A DNA stretch of 55,741 nt, taken from a virus (lineage: Duplodnaviria; Caudoviricetes). A model generated the notes under the pieces. The model was not told the origin of the DNA. It searched no databases and saw only the letters and a program-made list of their open reading frames with translations. Both the position numbers and the translations under genes were made by a program. Position 1 is the stretch's first letter, and each line of letters begins with the position of its first letter. The DNA is taken from positions 1-55,741 of the IMG/VR virus record IMGVR_UViG_3300038436_000236. One strand, written 5' to 3'. Below, piece after piece: positions 18,671 to 27,086 of this stretch.

Positions 18671-19031
18671 GTATGATATATGTGACTGCGGCAAGCGTGG
18701 GGTCCACTCGAAATGCAATGATCCCGAGCCGGGGCGCTTGGCTTTGGAATTGCCCTATACTGCTGATTTTTCTAAATCGGTGAGCGATCATTTTTTGAAA
18801 ATCGCTGAAGATGTGTGGACCGAACGATATGGAGCCCTGGCGAGGGTGAACGGCTGGACGCCTAAAATCAAGTTGGTCCGGCTGAAGGATCGGGAATGCA
18901 CGTCTTTGCTGGGCACGCGTGGAACAGTCGTGGTGATTGAGGCGACTGCCGAAATGGGCGGGATAAAATCGACATTCTCGTTTCATCTGGATGGCGATTA
19001 TTTTGAATATGAAGACGAAAAAGAAGTTTGA
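18657..19031 (+). CDS. Hypothetical protein
   Basis: GGAGG RBS, operon packing. Confidence 0.55.
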   Translation: MTIPEYDICDCGKRGVHSKCNDPEPGRLALELPYTADFSKSVSDHFLKIAEDVWTERYGALARVNGWTPKIKLVRLKDRECTSLLGTRGTVVVIEATAEMGGIKSTFSFHLDGDYFEYEDEKEV

Positions 19032-19046
19032 CGGGGGGGTGTAGAA

Positions 19047-19277
19047 ATGTCGCAACGTTATTTCTTTTTTTCCTATTCCTGCAGGAACATAATTGTTGGG
19101 AATCTTTGGTTTGCCTGCAACAAGTTCCCGCCAAATAAATTGTTTCGTGATGCTGCTGCAAAGCAATGCGGTGGCAAAGCTGATGAGATACTCATAACAA
19201 GCATTTTTGAGTTTAAGGATAAAGAGGATTACGACTCTTTCTCTATGGGAAATGGGGGTGGCAAAGTTGAAAGCTGA
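19047..19277 (+). CDS. Hypothetical protein
   Basis: G-rich RBS, operon packing. Confidence 0.55.
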   Translation: MSQRYFFFSYSCRNIIVGNLWFACNKFPPNKLFRDAAAKQCGGKADEILITSIFEFKDKEDYDSFSMGNGGGKVES

Positions 19278-19506
19278 AGAGCAGGGCGCGGTCGAGGAAA
19301 TGCCCGTGTTGCTTTCGTGTCCATTTTGCGGATGCGATGCGATATTGATTTGCAAACAACTCCCAAGCGGACGGGCTGATGTGTTTTTCAGAGCCGAATG
19401 CGTCAATAGTCGGTGCGGCTGTAGGACGCCGGAGCTGCATCCTGCGCGTGCTGCTATTGATGTTTGGAATCAGAGAGCGGCGAAGCGGCTGCGACAAGGA
19501 AACTAA
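19267..19506 (+). CDS. Lar-family restriction alleviation protein
   Basis: LLSCPFCG..ECVNSRCGC..AIDVWNQR; start codon uncertain. Confidence 0.7.
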   Translation: MKAEEQGAVEEMPVLLSCPFCGCDAILICKQLPSGRADVFFRAECVNSRCGCRTPELHPARAAIDVWNQRAAKRLRQGN

Positions 19507-21108
19507 ATGAAAAAAGAAGCTGAGAAGTGTGCGATGTTCGGTGATACTTTCTACCCGTCATCGCCTGCGGTCATTGGGAAAATGATCAAAAAAGTTCATA
19601 AATCTGCAAATAAAATCCTTGACCCTTCTGCGGGGATGGGCGCTTTGATCGAGGGGTATATGGAGCGGTATTCTAGGTATAATATGCCTGACATATCCGC
19701 AATCGAAATTGATAAGGATTTGCGTTCGGTGCTCAGGGGGAAAGGAATCAAGGTTATTGATACTGATTTTCTTGCTTTCTCCGGGCCTGATAAGTTTGAC
19801 CTTATCATCGCAAATCCGCCGTTCAGGGACGGCGACAAGCACTTGCTCAAGGCAATTGAAATAATGTACCGCGGGCAGATTGTTTTTTTGCTCAATGCCG
19901 AGACGATCAGGAACCCATGCACGAATACTCGCAAAGAGCTGGTGCGAAAGCTTGAAGAGCTTGGCGCGGAAGTTGAGTATATTCATGATGCGTTTGCTGA
20001 TGCCGAAAGACCTGCATGCGTTGATGTCGCGCTGATCGACATCCGCATCAACAGGAATGTCGAAGAGGATTTGTTCGCAGGGGCTGACGATGTGGCTGCA
20101 GGGTGTACGGAAACAATCCGGGGAGCCAATGAACTCGCTACCGGGAAGGGCGTTTATGAGCTTGTTGCGGAATATAACCAGGTGGTCAGTATCTGCATGG
20201 AAACAATCGTTTCCTATTTCCGCAATTACCGAAAAGTGTGCAGTTACGTGGCGATCAATCGTGAAGCTGAAAAGTGCAATTACATGAAGGGCGACCTTAC
20301 CGACGAAATGCAGGGAATCGTTAATAAAATGCTTACTTCTGTCCGTAGGGATTTTTGGCGGAAAACGCTTGACCTGCGGGAGGTCGGCAGCAGAATGACT
20401 AAGAAAAAAATTGCAGAGTTTGAGCACGCCATAAATGAACGTTGCAATATGGATTTCACGGAAAATAATATTCGGGCGTTTGTCCTAAATGTTATCAGCG
20501 GATATGAAAAAACGATAACTGACGCGGTTATTGATATTTTTGATATGTTCACGGCGCGGCACGCATACGGGGAGATGGGCGTTTATGAGAAAAATATTCA
20601 CTACTTCAACGGCTGGAAAACAAACAAAGTTTTCAAGGTCTGTCGGCGTGTGGTAATCCCCGTTTATGGTAGTTTTGGCGGGGCGTTTAGATCGTGGGGG
20701 GCGTGGAAGCTAGATTACAGGGCGGCTGAGAAATTGCGCGACATCGATGTGGTCATGAATTATTTCGACGGGATGAGCAGTTATGTCTCTATCAACAAGG
20801 CCCTGGAGGATGCTTTTGCCAGGGGGGAATCGAGCAAGATAAGAAGTACATACTTCACGATAACTGCCCATAAAAAGGGCACGATTCATCTGACCTTCAA
20901 TGATGACGACATCCTGCGGCGGTTCAATGTCGCGGCGTGCTCCGGCAAGGGCTGGTTGCCTGGTGATTACGGGCGGACTGAATATGCGAAACTGTTGCCG
21001 GAAGAGAAGACGGTTATTGATGAGTTCGAGGGGCGGGAAAGCTATGACGAAAATCGCGTGAAACCTGTTTTCCCGCAGTCGGTCAAGGTGCTGAAGATCG
21101 CGGCGTGA
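19507..21108 (+). CDS. Amino (N6-adenine-type) DNA methyltransferase with DUF4942-like C-terminus
   Basis: FYPS, motif I ILDPSAGMG, motif IV IIANPPF, C-terminal GWKTNK..KKGTIHLTF. Confidence 0.85.
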   Translation: MKKEAEKCAMFGDTFYPSSPAVIGKMIKKVHKSANKILDPSAGMGALIEGYMERYSRYNMPDISAIEIDKDLRSVLRGKGIKVIDTDFLAFSGPDKFDLIIANPPFRDGDKHLLKAIEIMYRGQIVFLLNAETIRNPCTNTRKELVRKLEELGAEVEYIHDAFADAERPACVDVALIDIRINRNVEEDLFAGADDVAAGCTETIRGANELATGKGVYELVAEYNQVVSICMETIVSYFRNYRKVCSYVAINREAEKCNYMKGDLTDEMQGIVNKMLTSVRRDFWRKTLDLREVGSRMTKKKIAEFEHAINERCNMDFTENNIRAFVLNVISGYEKTITDAVIDIFDMFTARHAYGEMGVYEKNIHYFNGWKTNKVFKVCRRVVIPVYGSFGGAFRSWGAWKLDYRAAEKLRDIDVVMNYFDGMSSYVSINKALEDAFARGESSKIRSTYFTITAHKKGTIHLTFNDDDILRRFNVAACSGKGWLPGDYGRTEYAKLLPEEKTVIDEFEGRESYDENRVKPVFPQSVKVLKIAA

Positions 21109-21115
21109 AATAAAT

Positions 21116-21167
21116 TAACTGTAGTGTTAAAATAATGTTGGACATATCGTAACACGGGTGTTAATAT
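21116..21167 (+). promoter_or_regulatory. Putative promoter with two TAACnnnnGTGTTA inverted-repeat boxes
   Basis: TGGACA (21139)-17 nt-TAATAT (21162); TAACACGGGTGTTA 21150-21163 and TAACTGTAGTGTTA 21116-21129. Confidence 0.55.
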
Positions 21168-21169
21168 AC

Positions 21170-21294
21170 AAATCAAAGGGAAGGGAATTCGGCTAAAAAA
21201 CAAAAAAGAGGAGGCGATTATGATTACCTGGACTGAGACACGAATGAGAGAGATATTTGCAATATCTGATGTTACCGGTAAAGCCTTTCCGGCT
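21170..21294 (+). repeat. Imperfect direct repeat of about 125 bp, copy 1
   Basis: AAATCAAAGGGAAGGG..GGAGGCGATTATGA.TACCTGG..ACACGAATGAGAGA..TTTGCAATA..ACCGG.AAAGC.TTTCC.GCTG recurs at 22075-22198. Confidence 0.85.
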
Positions 21295-21372
21295 GCGCGG
21301 CGGTTGATGGTCCATATCAACCGATACGGTGGGCCTCGCGGGTTCCATGTGCGCCCTGTTTGCTGGCTGTAA
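21220..21372 (+). CDS. 50-aa ORF sharing its N-terminus with 22125..22685 (not in the ORF track)
   Basis: MITWTETRMREIFAISDVTGKAFPA versus MTTWKDTRMREIFAIDVTGKAFPA; GGAGG RBS. Confidence 0.55.
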   Translation: MITWTETRMREIFAISDVTGKAFPAARRLMVHINRYGGPRGFHVRPVCWL

Positions 21373-21418
21373 CCATTCCCTGGCCCGGCATACCGGGAAA
21401 TATTGAGCGGAGTGTACC

Positions 21419-21619
21419 ATGAGCCTTGAAGATTTAGAAGCGACACTCAAAAAATGGGAGGAGGAAATAAGAGTATTTTCTCCAAAAGAAACTTGCTTAA
21501 GACCCAAACACATAAAAAGGTTGAAAAAGGAAATTGACAAAATCTATCGGATGAACTCGATGGTGCGTATATACGAGGAAAAAATAGAAGCTTGGGCAAG
21601 AGGAGAAATAGAAATATGA
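21419..21619 (+). CDS. Small charged helical protein
   Basis: GGAG RBS; ATGA overlap with next gene. Confidence 0.6.
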   Translation: MSLEDLEATLKKWEEEIRVFSPKETCLRPKHIKRLKKEIDKIYRMNSMVRIYEEKIEAWARGEIEI

Positions 21620-21852
21620 AAGCAGGACAAGTTGTAAAAGATACCCGTAATGCCCTCATCGACCACCCTGGTCAACGTATCAGGATAGTGTGGACGGATA
21701 AAGGCAAGATTTCCGACATAATCGAATTCGACCATGAGCAGCTTATTAAAAGCGGTTGCGGAATCAGCGCAACGCTCAGAAAGTTCATTGAAGGGGGGTG
21801 CAAACGCGCTGATAAAGCTAGTTTTGAATACATCCCACGGATAGATGATTGA
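21616..21852 (+). CDS. Hypothetical small protein
   Basis: AGGAG RBS, ATGA overlap. Confidence 0.6.
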   Translation: MKAGQVVKDTRNALIDHPGQRIRIVWTDKGKISDIIEFDHEQLIKSGCGISATLRKFIEGGCKRADKASFEYIPRIDD

Positions 21853-21874
21853 AAATTCAATGGAGGCAAGGACT

Positions 21875-22102
21875 ATGGCAAAGCTCGTAAATCAAAGATA
21901 CCAAGAATATTTCATGGGGCCGGTCACAGTTGTCAAGGAAGTTGAGATCATCGAAGAGTACAAGGACTATTCATTTTTGGCAAGGGTGGATGGGGTTGTA
22001 AAAAAAATGCGCCTGAGCCCATGCGGCGGCGAGATTGTTTTGAAACCGAGTTGGTCGGGAATGGAAAAGCTCGTAAATCAAAGGGAAGGGGCATTCGGTT
22101 AA
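21875..22102 (+). CDS. Hypothetical small protein
   Basis: GGAGG RBS; MAKLVNQR at start and MEKLVNQR near end. Confidence 0.55.
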   Translation: MAKLVNQRYQEYFMGPVTVVKEVEIIEEYKDYSFLARVDGVVKKMRLSPCGGEIVLKPSWSGMEKLVNQREGAFG

Positions 22103-22198
22103 GAAAACAAAATAGGAGGCGATTATGACTACCTGGAAAGATACACGAATGAGAGAAATTTTTGCAATAGATGTGACCGGAAAAGCATTTCCTGCTGG
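22075..22198 (+). repeat. Imperfect direct repeat of about 125 bp, copy 2
   Basis: Aligns with 21170-21294. Confidence 0.85.
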
Positions 22199-22685
22199 TC
22201 AGGAATGGGAAAATGTGAGGATTGAAATGGGAGAATTTGAAAACTACATTCTGCGGGCTGATACTCTCCGGGGTATCTCCTTGGGTGATGAGTCAGAATT
22301 TTGGGCCGGGTATATGCGCGGCTTGCGCCGCCTGCACCATGGCGAGGCGTTTGGAACGGATGCCGAGCACGCGTTATGGCACGGTATTCCAGCAGACGAA
22401 CCGGACCTTACCAGGAGGGCCAGGGGCGAGGGGTATCGGTCGGGGTTCGCCGGGAAAAACCCGGTTGAACTGTTCCGCGATATGAATGAAAACTACCTGT
22501 CCGCAAAGCAGCTTGCCGATGCATGCGGGATGGTCGATAGCCGGATCAGGCAGCTTGCGGATGTGATCCCTGGCGGGCGGCTAACTGATGCTGGGTGGCG
22601 GTTCCCGGTGTCGTCGGTTGAGTTCGTAAAGTCCCTTCCTGGCCGCGGTAGGCCGAAGGGCGTAAAGAAAGAGGGGGGGGAATGA
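22125..22685 (+). CDS. Hypothetical protein with C-terminal HTH and GRPK motif
   Basis: YLSAKQLADACGMVDSRIRQL..GWRFP..GRGRPK. Confidence 0.65.
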   Translation: MTTWKDTRMREIFAIDVTGKAFPAGQEWENVRIEMGEFENYILRADTLRGISLGDESEFWAGYMRGLRRLHHGEAFGTDAEHALWHGIPADEPDLTRRARGEGYRSGFAGKNPVELFRDMNENYLSAKQLADACGMVDSRIRQLADVIPGGRLTDAGWRFPVSSVEFVKSLPGRGRPKGVKKEGGE

Positions 22686-23032
22686 AAATACAAGTTGAAG
22701 TCGATTACAAACTTGTTGAACGCGGAATCATTAATATGCTCGCACAGGCTGTTGCCGTTGAGGTGGGGGTGATAATGGGGCCTGTGGGCGATGGATTGGC
22801 AACTTCATTAACGTGTTTTGATGATGTTGAGGACCCTAACGCGCTGGTTGATTTTGATAAAGCTTGTCGGCAGGTTGATTTTGATAAAGTTTGTCGGCAG
22901 GTCGTTGATGATATCGTCAATAATGGGTTGCCTGAAATAAAAGGAATACGGATAGTCAACAAGAGCATAGCAGAATATTTGGTTGCCGACGCGTTAATGT
23001 GGGGGGGGGGGAATGACAACCAGCGTGATTGA
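22682..23032 (+). CDS. Hypothetical protein with an internal 27-bp tandem duplication
   Basis: VDFDKACRQ-VDFDKVCRQ encoded at 22847-22900. Confidence 0.55.
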   Translation: MKIQVEVDYKLVERGIINMLAQAVAVEVGVIMGPVGDGLATSLTCFDDVEDPNALVDFDKACRQVDFDKVCRQVVDDIVNNGLPEIKGIRIVNKSIAEYLVADALMWGGGNDNQRD

Positions 23033-23615
23033 ACAGAAAGCCTCCCGTCCCATCCTGTTCTCGGGGCCGATGGTTCGCGTTATCCTGGCCGGTGAGAAGA
23101 CCCAGACACGGCGGATTGTAAAATTGAATATGTCTGGTAGGGTGGCTCGGGGCGGTAAAAACTGGCACATTGACGACAAGAATGCGTCGCTTGCATGCCC
23201 ATACGGGCAACCTGGCGACATGCTGTGGGTGCGGGAGACATGGGCCGATGTCCCGCACCCTGGGCAAGGGCCGAAGTGCAAGATGTCGCCTGACGGACGG
23301 GGCGCAACTTTTCGTGCTGACTGGCAGGGGAACCCGAGCGGTTTCAAATGGCGACCTTCAATCCATATGCCCCGGTGGGCGTCTCGGCTCGCGCTGGAGA
23401 TCATCGGCGTAAGGATGGAGCGGCTGCGCGACATAACCCGCGCTGATGCAAAGGCTGAGGGCTTTATGCCGCAGGCGAACGGGCTCGAATCGTGGGCCGG
23501 GAAAAGTTACGGAAATGCGCAGCTTGCATTTGAAGCATGTTGGCGAGAAATCAACGGGATTGATTCGTGGGAAGGCAACCCGCTTGTATGGGTTGTTTCG
23601 TTTCGGGTAGCTTGA
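23013..23615 (+). CDS. Conserved phage ASCH/PUA-like protein
   Basis: RPILFSGPMVR..KTQTRR, CPYGQPGDMLWVRETW, WRPSIHMPRWASR, NPLVWVVSF. Confidence 0.8.
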   Translation: MTTSVIEQKASRPILFSGPMVRVILAGEKTQTRRIVKLNMSGRVARGGKNWHIDDKNASLACPYGQPGDMLWVRETWADVPHPGQGPKCKMSPDGRGATFRADWQGNPSGFKWRPSIHMPRWASRLALEIIGVRMERLRDITRADAKAEGFMPQANGLESWAGKSYGNAQLAFEACWREINGIDSWEGNPLVWVVSFRVA

Positions 23616-23625
23616 GGAGGTGCTT

Positions 23626-23868
23626 ATGAGCGTTTTTGATGAAATGATAGCTTCCCAGCTCAAGGGCTGGCTTGATGCGGAAATTACTGATCTTGAATCA
23701 GAAAATAATGGGTGTGGGTCCTTCTTTGCGCCCGCATCGTGGAATCTTAACCCAAAAGACTTTAAACGGTTGGTATCCGCTGCAAAGAGGGAATCAAAAC
23801 GCCTCGGGAAACGAGCGGGCGGATGCCCGGTTAATCCAAAGTATTGGCAGAAGTTTTATGCCGAGTAA
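23626..23868 (+). CDS. Hypothetical protein
   Basis: GAGGAGG RBS before ATG. Confidence 0.5.
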   Translation: MSVFDEMIASQLKGWLDAEITDLESENNGCGSFFAPASWNLNPKDFKRLVSAAKRESKRLGKRAGGCPVNPKYWQKFYAE

Positions 23869-23883
23869 CGCTATAGGTGAACC

Positions 23884-24123
23884 ATGAACAAACTTGACGT
23901 TTGCCCGTGCTGCGGCGGTATTCCGAAGCACCACGACGAGCGCGTGACATATGGTCATGGCGACTGCCCTGTAGAATGGAGTGTGCGCTGCGAGTGCGGC
24001 ATGCGGACTAAGGGCTTCCCAACTGGCTGGGAAGGAACGGAGGAGCAGTGCAAGGACAAGGCAGCAGCCGTCTGGAACAGGCGGGCAATGAAAGACGGGA
24101 AACCTTTACCAAAAGGAGGATGA
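23884..24123 (+). CDS. Second Lar-family protein
   Basis: LDVCPCCGG..VRCECG..AAAVWNRR. Confidence 0.65.
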   Translation: MNKLDVCPCCGGIPKHHDERVTYGHGDCPVEWSVRCECGMRTKGFPTGWEGTEEQCKDKAAAVWNRRAMKDGKPLPKGG

Positions 24124-24148
24124 CATAAGCGAATTCCAGGATGCCCAT

Positions 24149-24385
24149 GTGTGCCATGAGAGGTGTTGTCCGCGCAATGATGAATACCTCGGTAAACCGT
24201 GCCAGTGCGCAGAGTGCTGGCATACGGATGGGGTTTGTATAGATCATTCGTCCGGTGGTGGCTGTCATGTCTGCGATGGCCCAGTAACGGGTTGTGATTT
24301 GACTGGTATTGATGATGATGATGATGATGATGATGATTTATGCGGCCAAAGCGTGGAGATCAAAAGGAGAATGATACTAAAATGA
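24149..24385 (+). CDS. Cys-rich hypothetical protein with poly-Asp tract
   Basis: (GAT)9 at 24311-24337; start codon uncertain. Confidence 0.4.
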   Translation: MCHERCCPRNDEYLGKPCQCAECWHTDGVCIDHSSGGGCHVCDGPVTGCDLTGIDDDDDDDDDLCGQSVEIKRRMILK

Positions 24386-24591
24386 GAGGCGGGAAGCGTA
24401 AAGGCTCAGGGGCGAAACCAGGCTGCAGGAAAAATCCTGAAGACAAGGCGAGGCGGTTCAACACCACAATGGCACCTGATTTGCTCGAATGGCTGAACGT
24501 GATGCGGCGAGACGGGCATTTCAAGGCGGCTATCATCGACAGGGCGTTGCGTGATTATCGCGGGCGGCTGGGTGAAAAAAATGGCAAATGA
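24382..24591 (+). CDS. Small DNA-binding protein (RGGKRKGSG motif, ribbon-helix-helix-like)
   Basis: MRGGKRKGSGAKPG..TTMAPDLLEWL..IIDRALRDY; AGGAG RBS. Confidence 0.6.
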   Translation: MRGGKRKGSGAKPGCRKNPEDKARRFNTTMAPDLLEWLNVMRRDGHFKAAIIDRALRDYRGRLGEKNGK

Positions 24592-24787
24592 AATAAAGGA
24601 CGGCGATGTTTTCGTTTTCCGGAGCGGTGTTCGATCTGGACGTATTGATATTATTCATGTTTTGTGGCGATATGCGATCATAAATATGAATGGCGTGATC
24701 ATGTGCGTGCGTGCGGCTACGGTGCTTGATATTGTGAAAGCGCGGGGGGCTGTGCTGGTTGACCGTGCGATTGAGGCGGGGAATTAA
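24581..24787 (+). CDS. Hypothetical protein
   Basis: Operon packing. Confidence 0.45.
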   Translation: MANEIKDGDVFVFRSGVRSGRIDIIHVLWRYAIINMNGVIMCVRAATVLDIVKARGAVLVDRAIEAGN

Positions 24788-24889
24788 CCTGTTAATCCGA
24801 ATGGTTGAGATGAAGGTGGCGAACTTCTTCCCAACCCTTTTATTTAAAATAAATTTCGATTATGGCACTAAAGTCAAGTTGAGGTAATT

Positions 24890-25096
24890 ATGCCTGATGA
24901 TGTTTTTACCATGCGTGCAGCAGCCCCAGAGATGCGGCAGGTTTTGCTTTTGGTTGAGTCGCTGAAAAAGGCGGGTGTGCTCTTTGTCCCTCTCCCCATT
25001 TTGAGCACTGCTGATAAAGAAGCGTTGCTTGCAGAGCTTTTTCGGCGGATTGAATTAATTGAAGGGAAGCATTTTGTTGTCAGTCCCAAACGATAA
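24890..25096 (+). CDS. Hypothetical protein
   Basis: GAGGT RBS; followed by a terminator. Confidence 0.55.
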   Translation: MPDDVFTMRAAAPEMRQVLLLVESLKKAGVLFVPLPILSTADKEALLAELFRRIELIEGKHFVVSPKR

Positions 25097-25123
25097 AGAG
25101 CACTTGCACATAAAAAATATACG

Positions 25124-25149
25124 AAAAGCTGCCTTCGGGCGGCTTTTTT
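25124..25149 (+). terminator. Rho-independent terminator
   Basis: AAAAGCTGCC-TTCG-GGCGGCTTTTTT. Confidence 0.8.
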
Positions 25150-25170
25150 GTTGCCTTTTCCGTGGCAACA

Positions 25171-25211
25171 TTGACAGATTGCACACGATAATCTATTATC
25201 CATGTTGAATA
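25171..25211 (+). promoter_or_regulatory. Sigma70-type promoter with operator over the -10 box
   Basis: TTGACA-17 nt-TATTAT; TATTATCCATGTTGAATA at 25194-25211. Confidence 0.7.
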
Positions 25212-25259
25212 GTTTTTTGTTGCATTTTTTAGATTAATTCAAATTGTGGGGGTTCGAAG

Positions 25260-25631
25260 ATGAGGAATTTGCTTGCTGGTCGGTTGCTTAAAAAAGTTGT
25301 TGGTTTGCTCCTGTTGCTCCTGTCGGTTTGCGCATGCACACCTGTGATGGCTGCGGAGCTGTCCTTTTCGTGGTTGCCGAGTGATGAGGAGAGCATGGCA
25401 GGGTATAAGATTCATTACGGACCATCGGAGCGGGTCTATAACTATTCGATTGATGTCGGCAAGGCGGAGATCATCGACGGGCGGGTGGTCGCGAAGGTAA
25501 AGATACCGTCAGGGAAAAAGTTCTTTGCGGCGACGGTGTACGACACTGAAGGCGTGGAAAGCGATTACTCGAATGAGGTTTTTGCGATTGCACGTCCTGG
25601 CCTGCTGGTCGATTTCGCAAAGAAACGCTGA
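25260..25631 (+). CDS. Secreted fibronectin type III domain protein
   Basis: Signal peptide, then SFSWLP..AGYKIHYG..YSIDVG..FFAATVYD..ESDYSNEV. Confidence 0.75.
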   Translation: MRNLLAGRLLKKVVGLLLLLLSVCACTPVMAAELSFSWLPSDEESMAGYKIHYGPSERVYNYSIDVGKAEIIDGRVVAKVKIPSGKKFFAATVYDTEGVESDYSNEVFAIARPGLLVDFAKKR

Positions 25632-25684
25632 ACGTTTGCCCGTCATTATCATGCATGAGTTATAAGGAATCGGAAGGTGCGCGA

Positions 25685-26374
25685 ATGGAAAAAGCTTGTT
25701 TGAAAATTGAGTATGTCCCTATTTCGCAGTTGATCCCGTATGCGGCGAATGCTCGAACGCATAGCGATCAGCAGGTGGAACAGATCGCGGCGAGTATCGA
25801 CGAATTCGGATTTGTCAATCCTGTCCTTGTTGGGCAGGACGGCGGGATTATCGCGGGGCATGGTCGAGTTCTGGCGGCTGAGAAGAGGAAAATGGCCGAA
25901 GTGCCTACTATTGTGCTCGGGCATTTGTCGGACGCTCAGAAGCGGGCATTCATCATTGCTGACAACAAGTTGCCGGAGAATGCTGGTTGGGATGAAGAGC
26001 TGTTGAAGTCTGAGCTTGAGCGGCTCAACGATGACGGTGTTGACCTGACTGTTCTCGGATTTTCCGATAGCGAGCTTGACGAACTGATGAAAGAGGACTT
26101 GAACGATATCCGAAACGATGGCGGGGCTGGTGGCTCTATCGAGCAGGCCATCCAGCTCAAGCCGCCGCGTGAATATGTCCTTGTCGTCTGTGCGGATGAT
26201 GACGGGCTCGAATTTGAGAAATTGAAAGATATTCTCGGGCTGAAGCCTGTCCGGCGCGGCGGGTATAAAATTGGGTCGCCTTTTGATGATATCGGGACTC
26301 AGCGGGTCGTCAACGCAGCTCAGGTAATCGCTTTGATTGAGGGGAATGAAGATGCTGATAGCGATCCCGAGTAA
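25685..26374 (+). CDS. ParB/Srx N-terminal domain protein of the type found next to terminase genes
   Basis: LIPYAANARTHSDQQVEQIAASIDEFGFVNPVLV..IIAGHGRVLAA..IADNKL..GWD. Confidence 0.9.
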   Translation: MEKACLKIEYVPISQLIPYAANARTHSDQQVEQIAASIDEFGFVNPVLVGQDGGIIAGHGRVLAAEKRKMAEVPTIVLGHLSDAQKRAFIIADNKLPENAGWDEELLKSELERLNDDGVDLTVLGFSDSELDELMKEDLNDIRNDGGAGGSIEQAIQLKPPREYVLVVCADDDGLEFEKLKDILGLKPVRRGGYKIGSPFDDIGTQRVVNAAQVIALIEGNEDADSDPE

Positions 26375-27068
26375 GGGTAGGGCCGGAGTGCTGAAGTCTC
26401 AGGCCCTTATCACTTGCGCTTCTGTTTTTGTGCCTGAAAATGAGGTTGAGGCGTACAAGCAGGGGGGCGCTAAGAATGTTGTTGGCGTCCCGTCCGATAT
26501 CCGGGGGATTACGAGAACTCGCAACTGGATTCTGGATTATAGCGACGATCCGTGGGTGGTGATGATCGATGATGACTTGAAAACTGCTGGCTGGTGCGAG
26601 CTGTTGCCGTTTAATGGCAAGCATCGCAAGCTGACTGAAGGCCAGTGGCTGGGCGAATGGGGCAAGTTGTTTGAGGTCACAGAGGGGATGAATTATCGAA
26701 TATGGGGCACATCTACGGACAGCTCCTTGCGGGCGATTTATCCGTATAAGCCTTTCATGTTTCAGTCATATGTCACGGCGTCATGCATGGGGATCATAAA
26801 CAGCTCAGGTATCCGATTTGATGAGAATTTCCCGGTCAAGGAGGATTACGAGATCTGTCTCAGGTGCGTGAAAGAGGATGGCGGCATTGTCGCTGCTCGT
26901 TATTTGTATTGGGAGAACCATCATTGGTCAGGTGACGGTGGGTGTAAGGATTATCGGACCAAGGCGATGGAGAGAAAAGCTATTTTGAATTTGCAGAAGC
27001 TTTATCCAGGTCAGGTTGATTATGCGACTGACAGGAAGGGCGAGTTCTGTATCGGGCTCAACTTTTAG
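26346..27068 (+). CDS. GT-A fold glycosyltransferase, GREB1/TET-associated-like
   Basis: IAIPSKGR, TRNWILD, VMIDDD (DxD), KEDYEICLR, GGC. Confidence 0.7.
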   Translation: MKMLIAIPSKGRAGVLKSQALITCASVFVPENEVEAYKQGGAKNVVGVPSDIRGITRTRNWILDYSDDPWVVMIDDDLKTAGWCELLPFNGKHRKLTEGQWLGEWGKLFEVTEGMNYRIWGTSTDSSLRAIYPYKPFMFQSYVTASCMGIINSSGIRFDENFPVKEDYEICLRCVKEDGGIVAARYLYWENHHWSGDGGCKDYRTKAMERKAILNLQKLYPGQVDYATDRKGEFCIGLNF

Positions 27069-27086
27069 AGTTATAGGGTGGTGATT

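Noticed and set aside
24311-24337. (GAT)9 microsatellite as a phase-variation switch
   Set aside because: Triplet unit keeps the frame and only alters a poly-Asp tract
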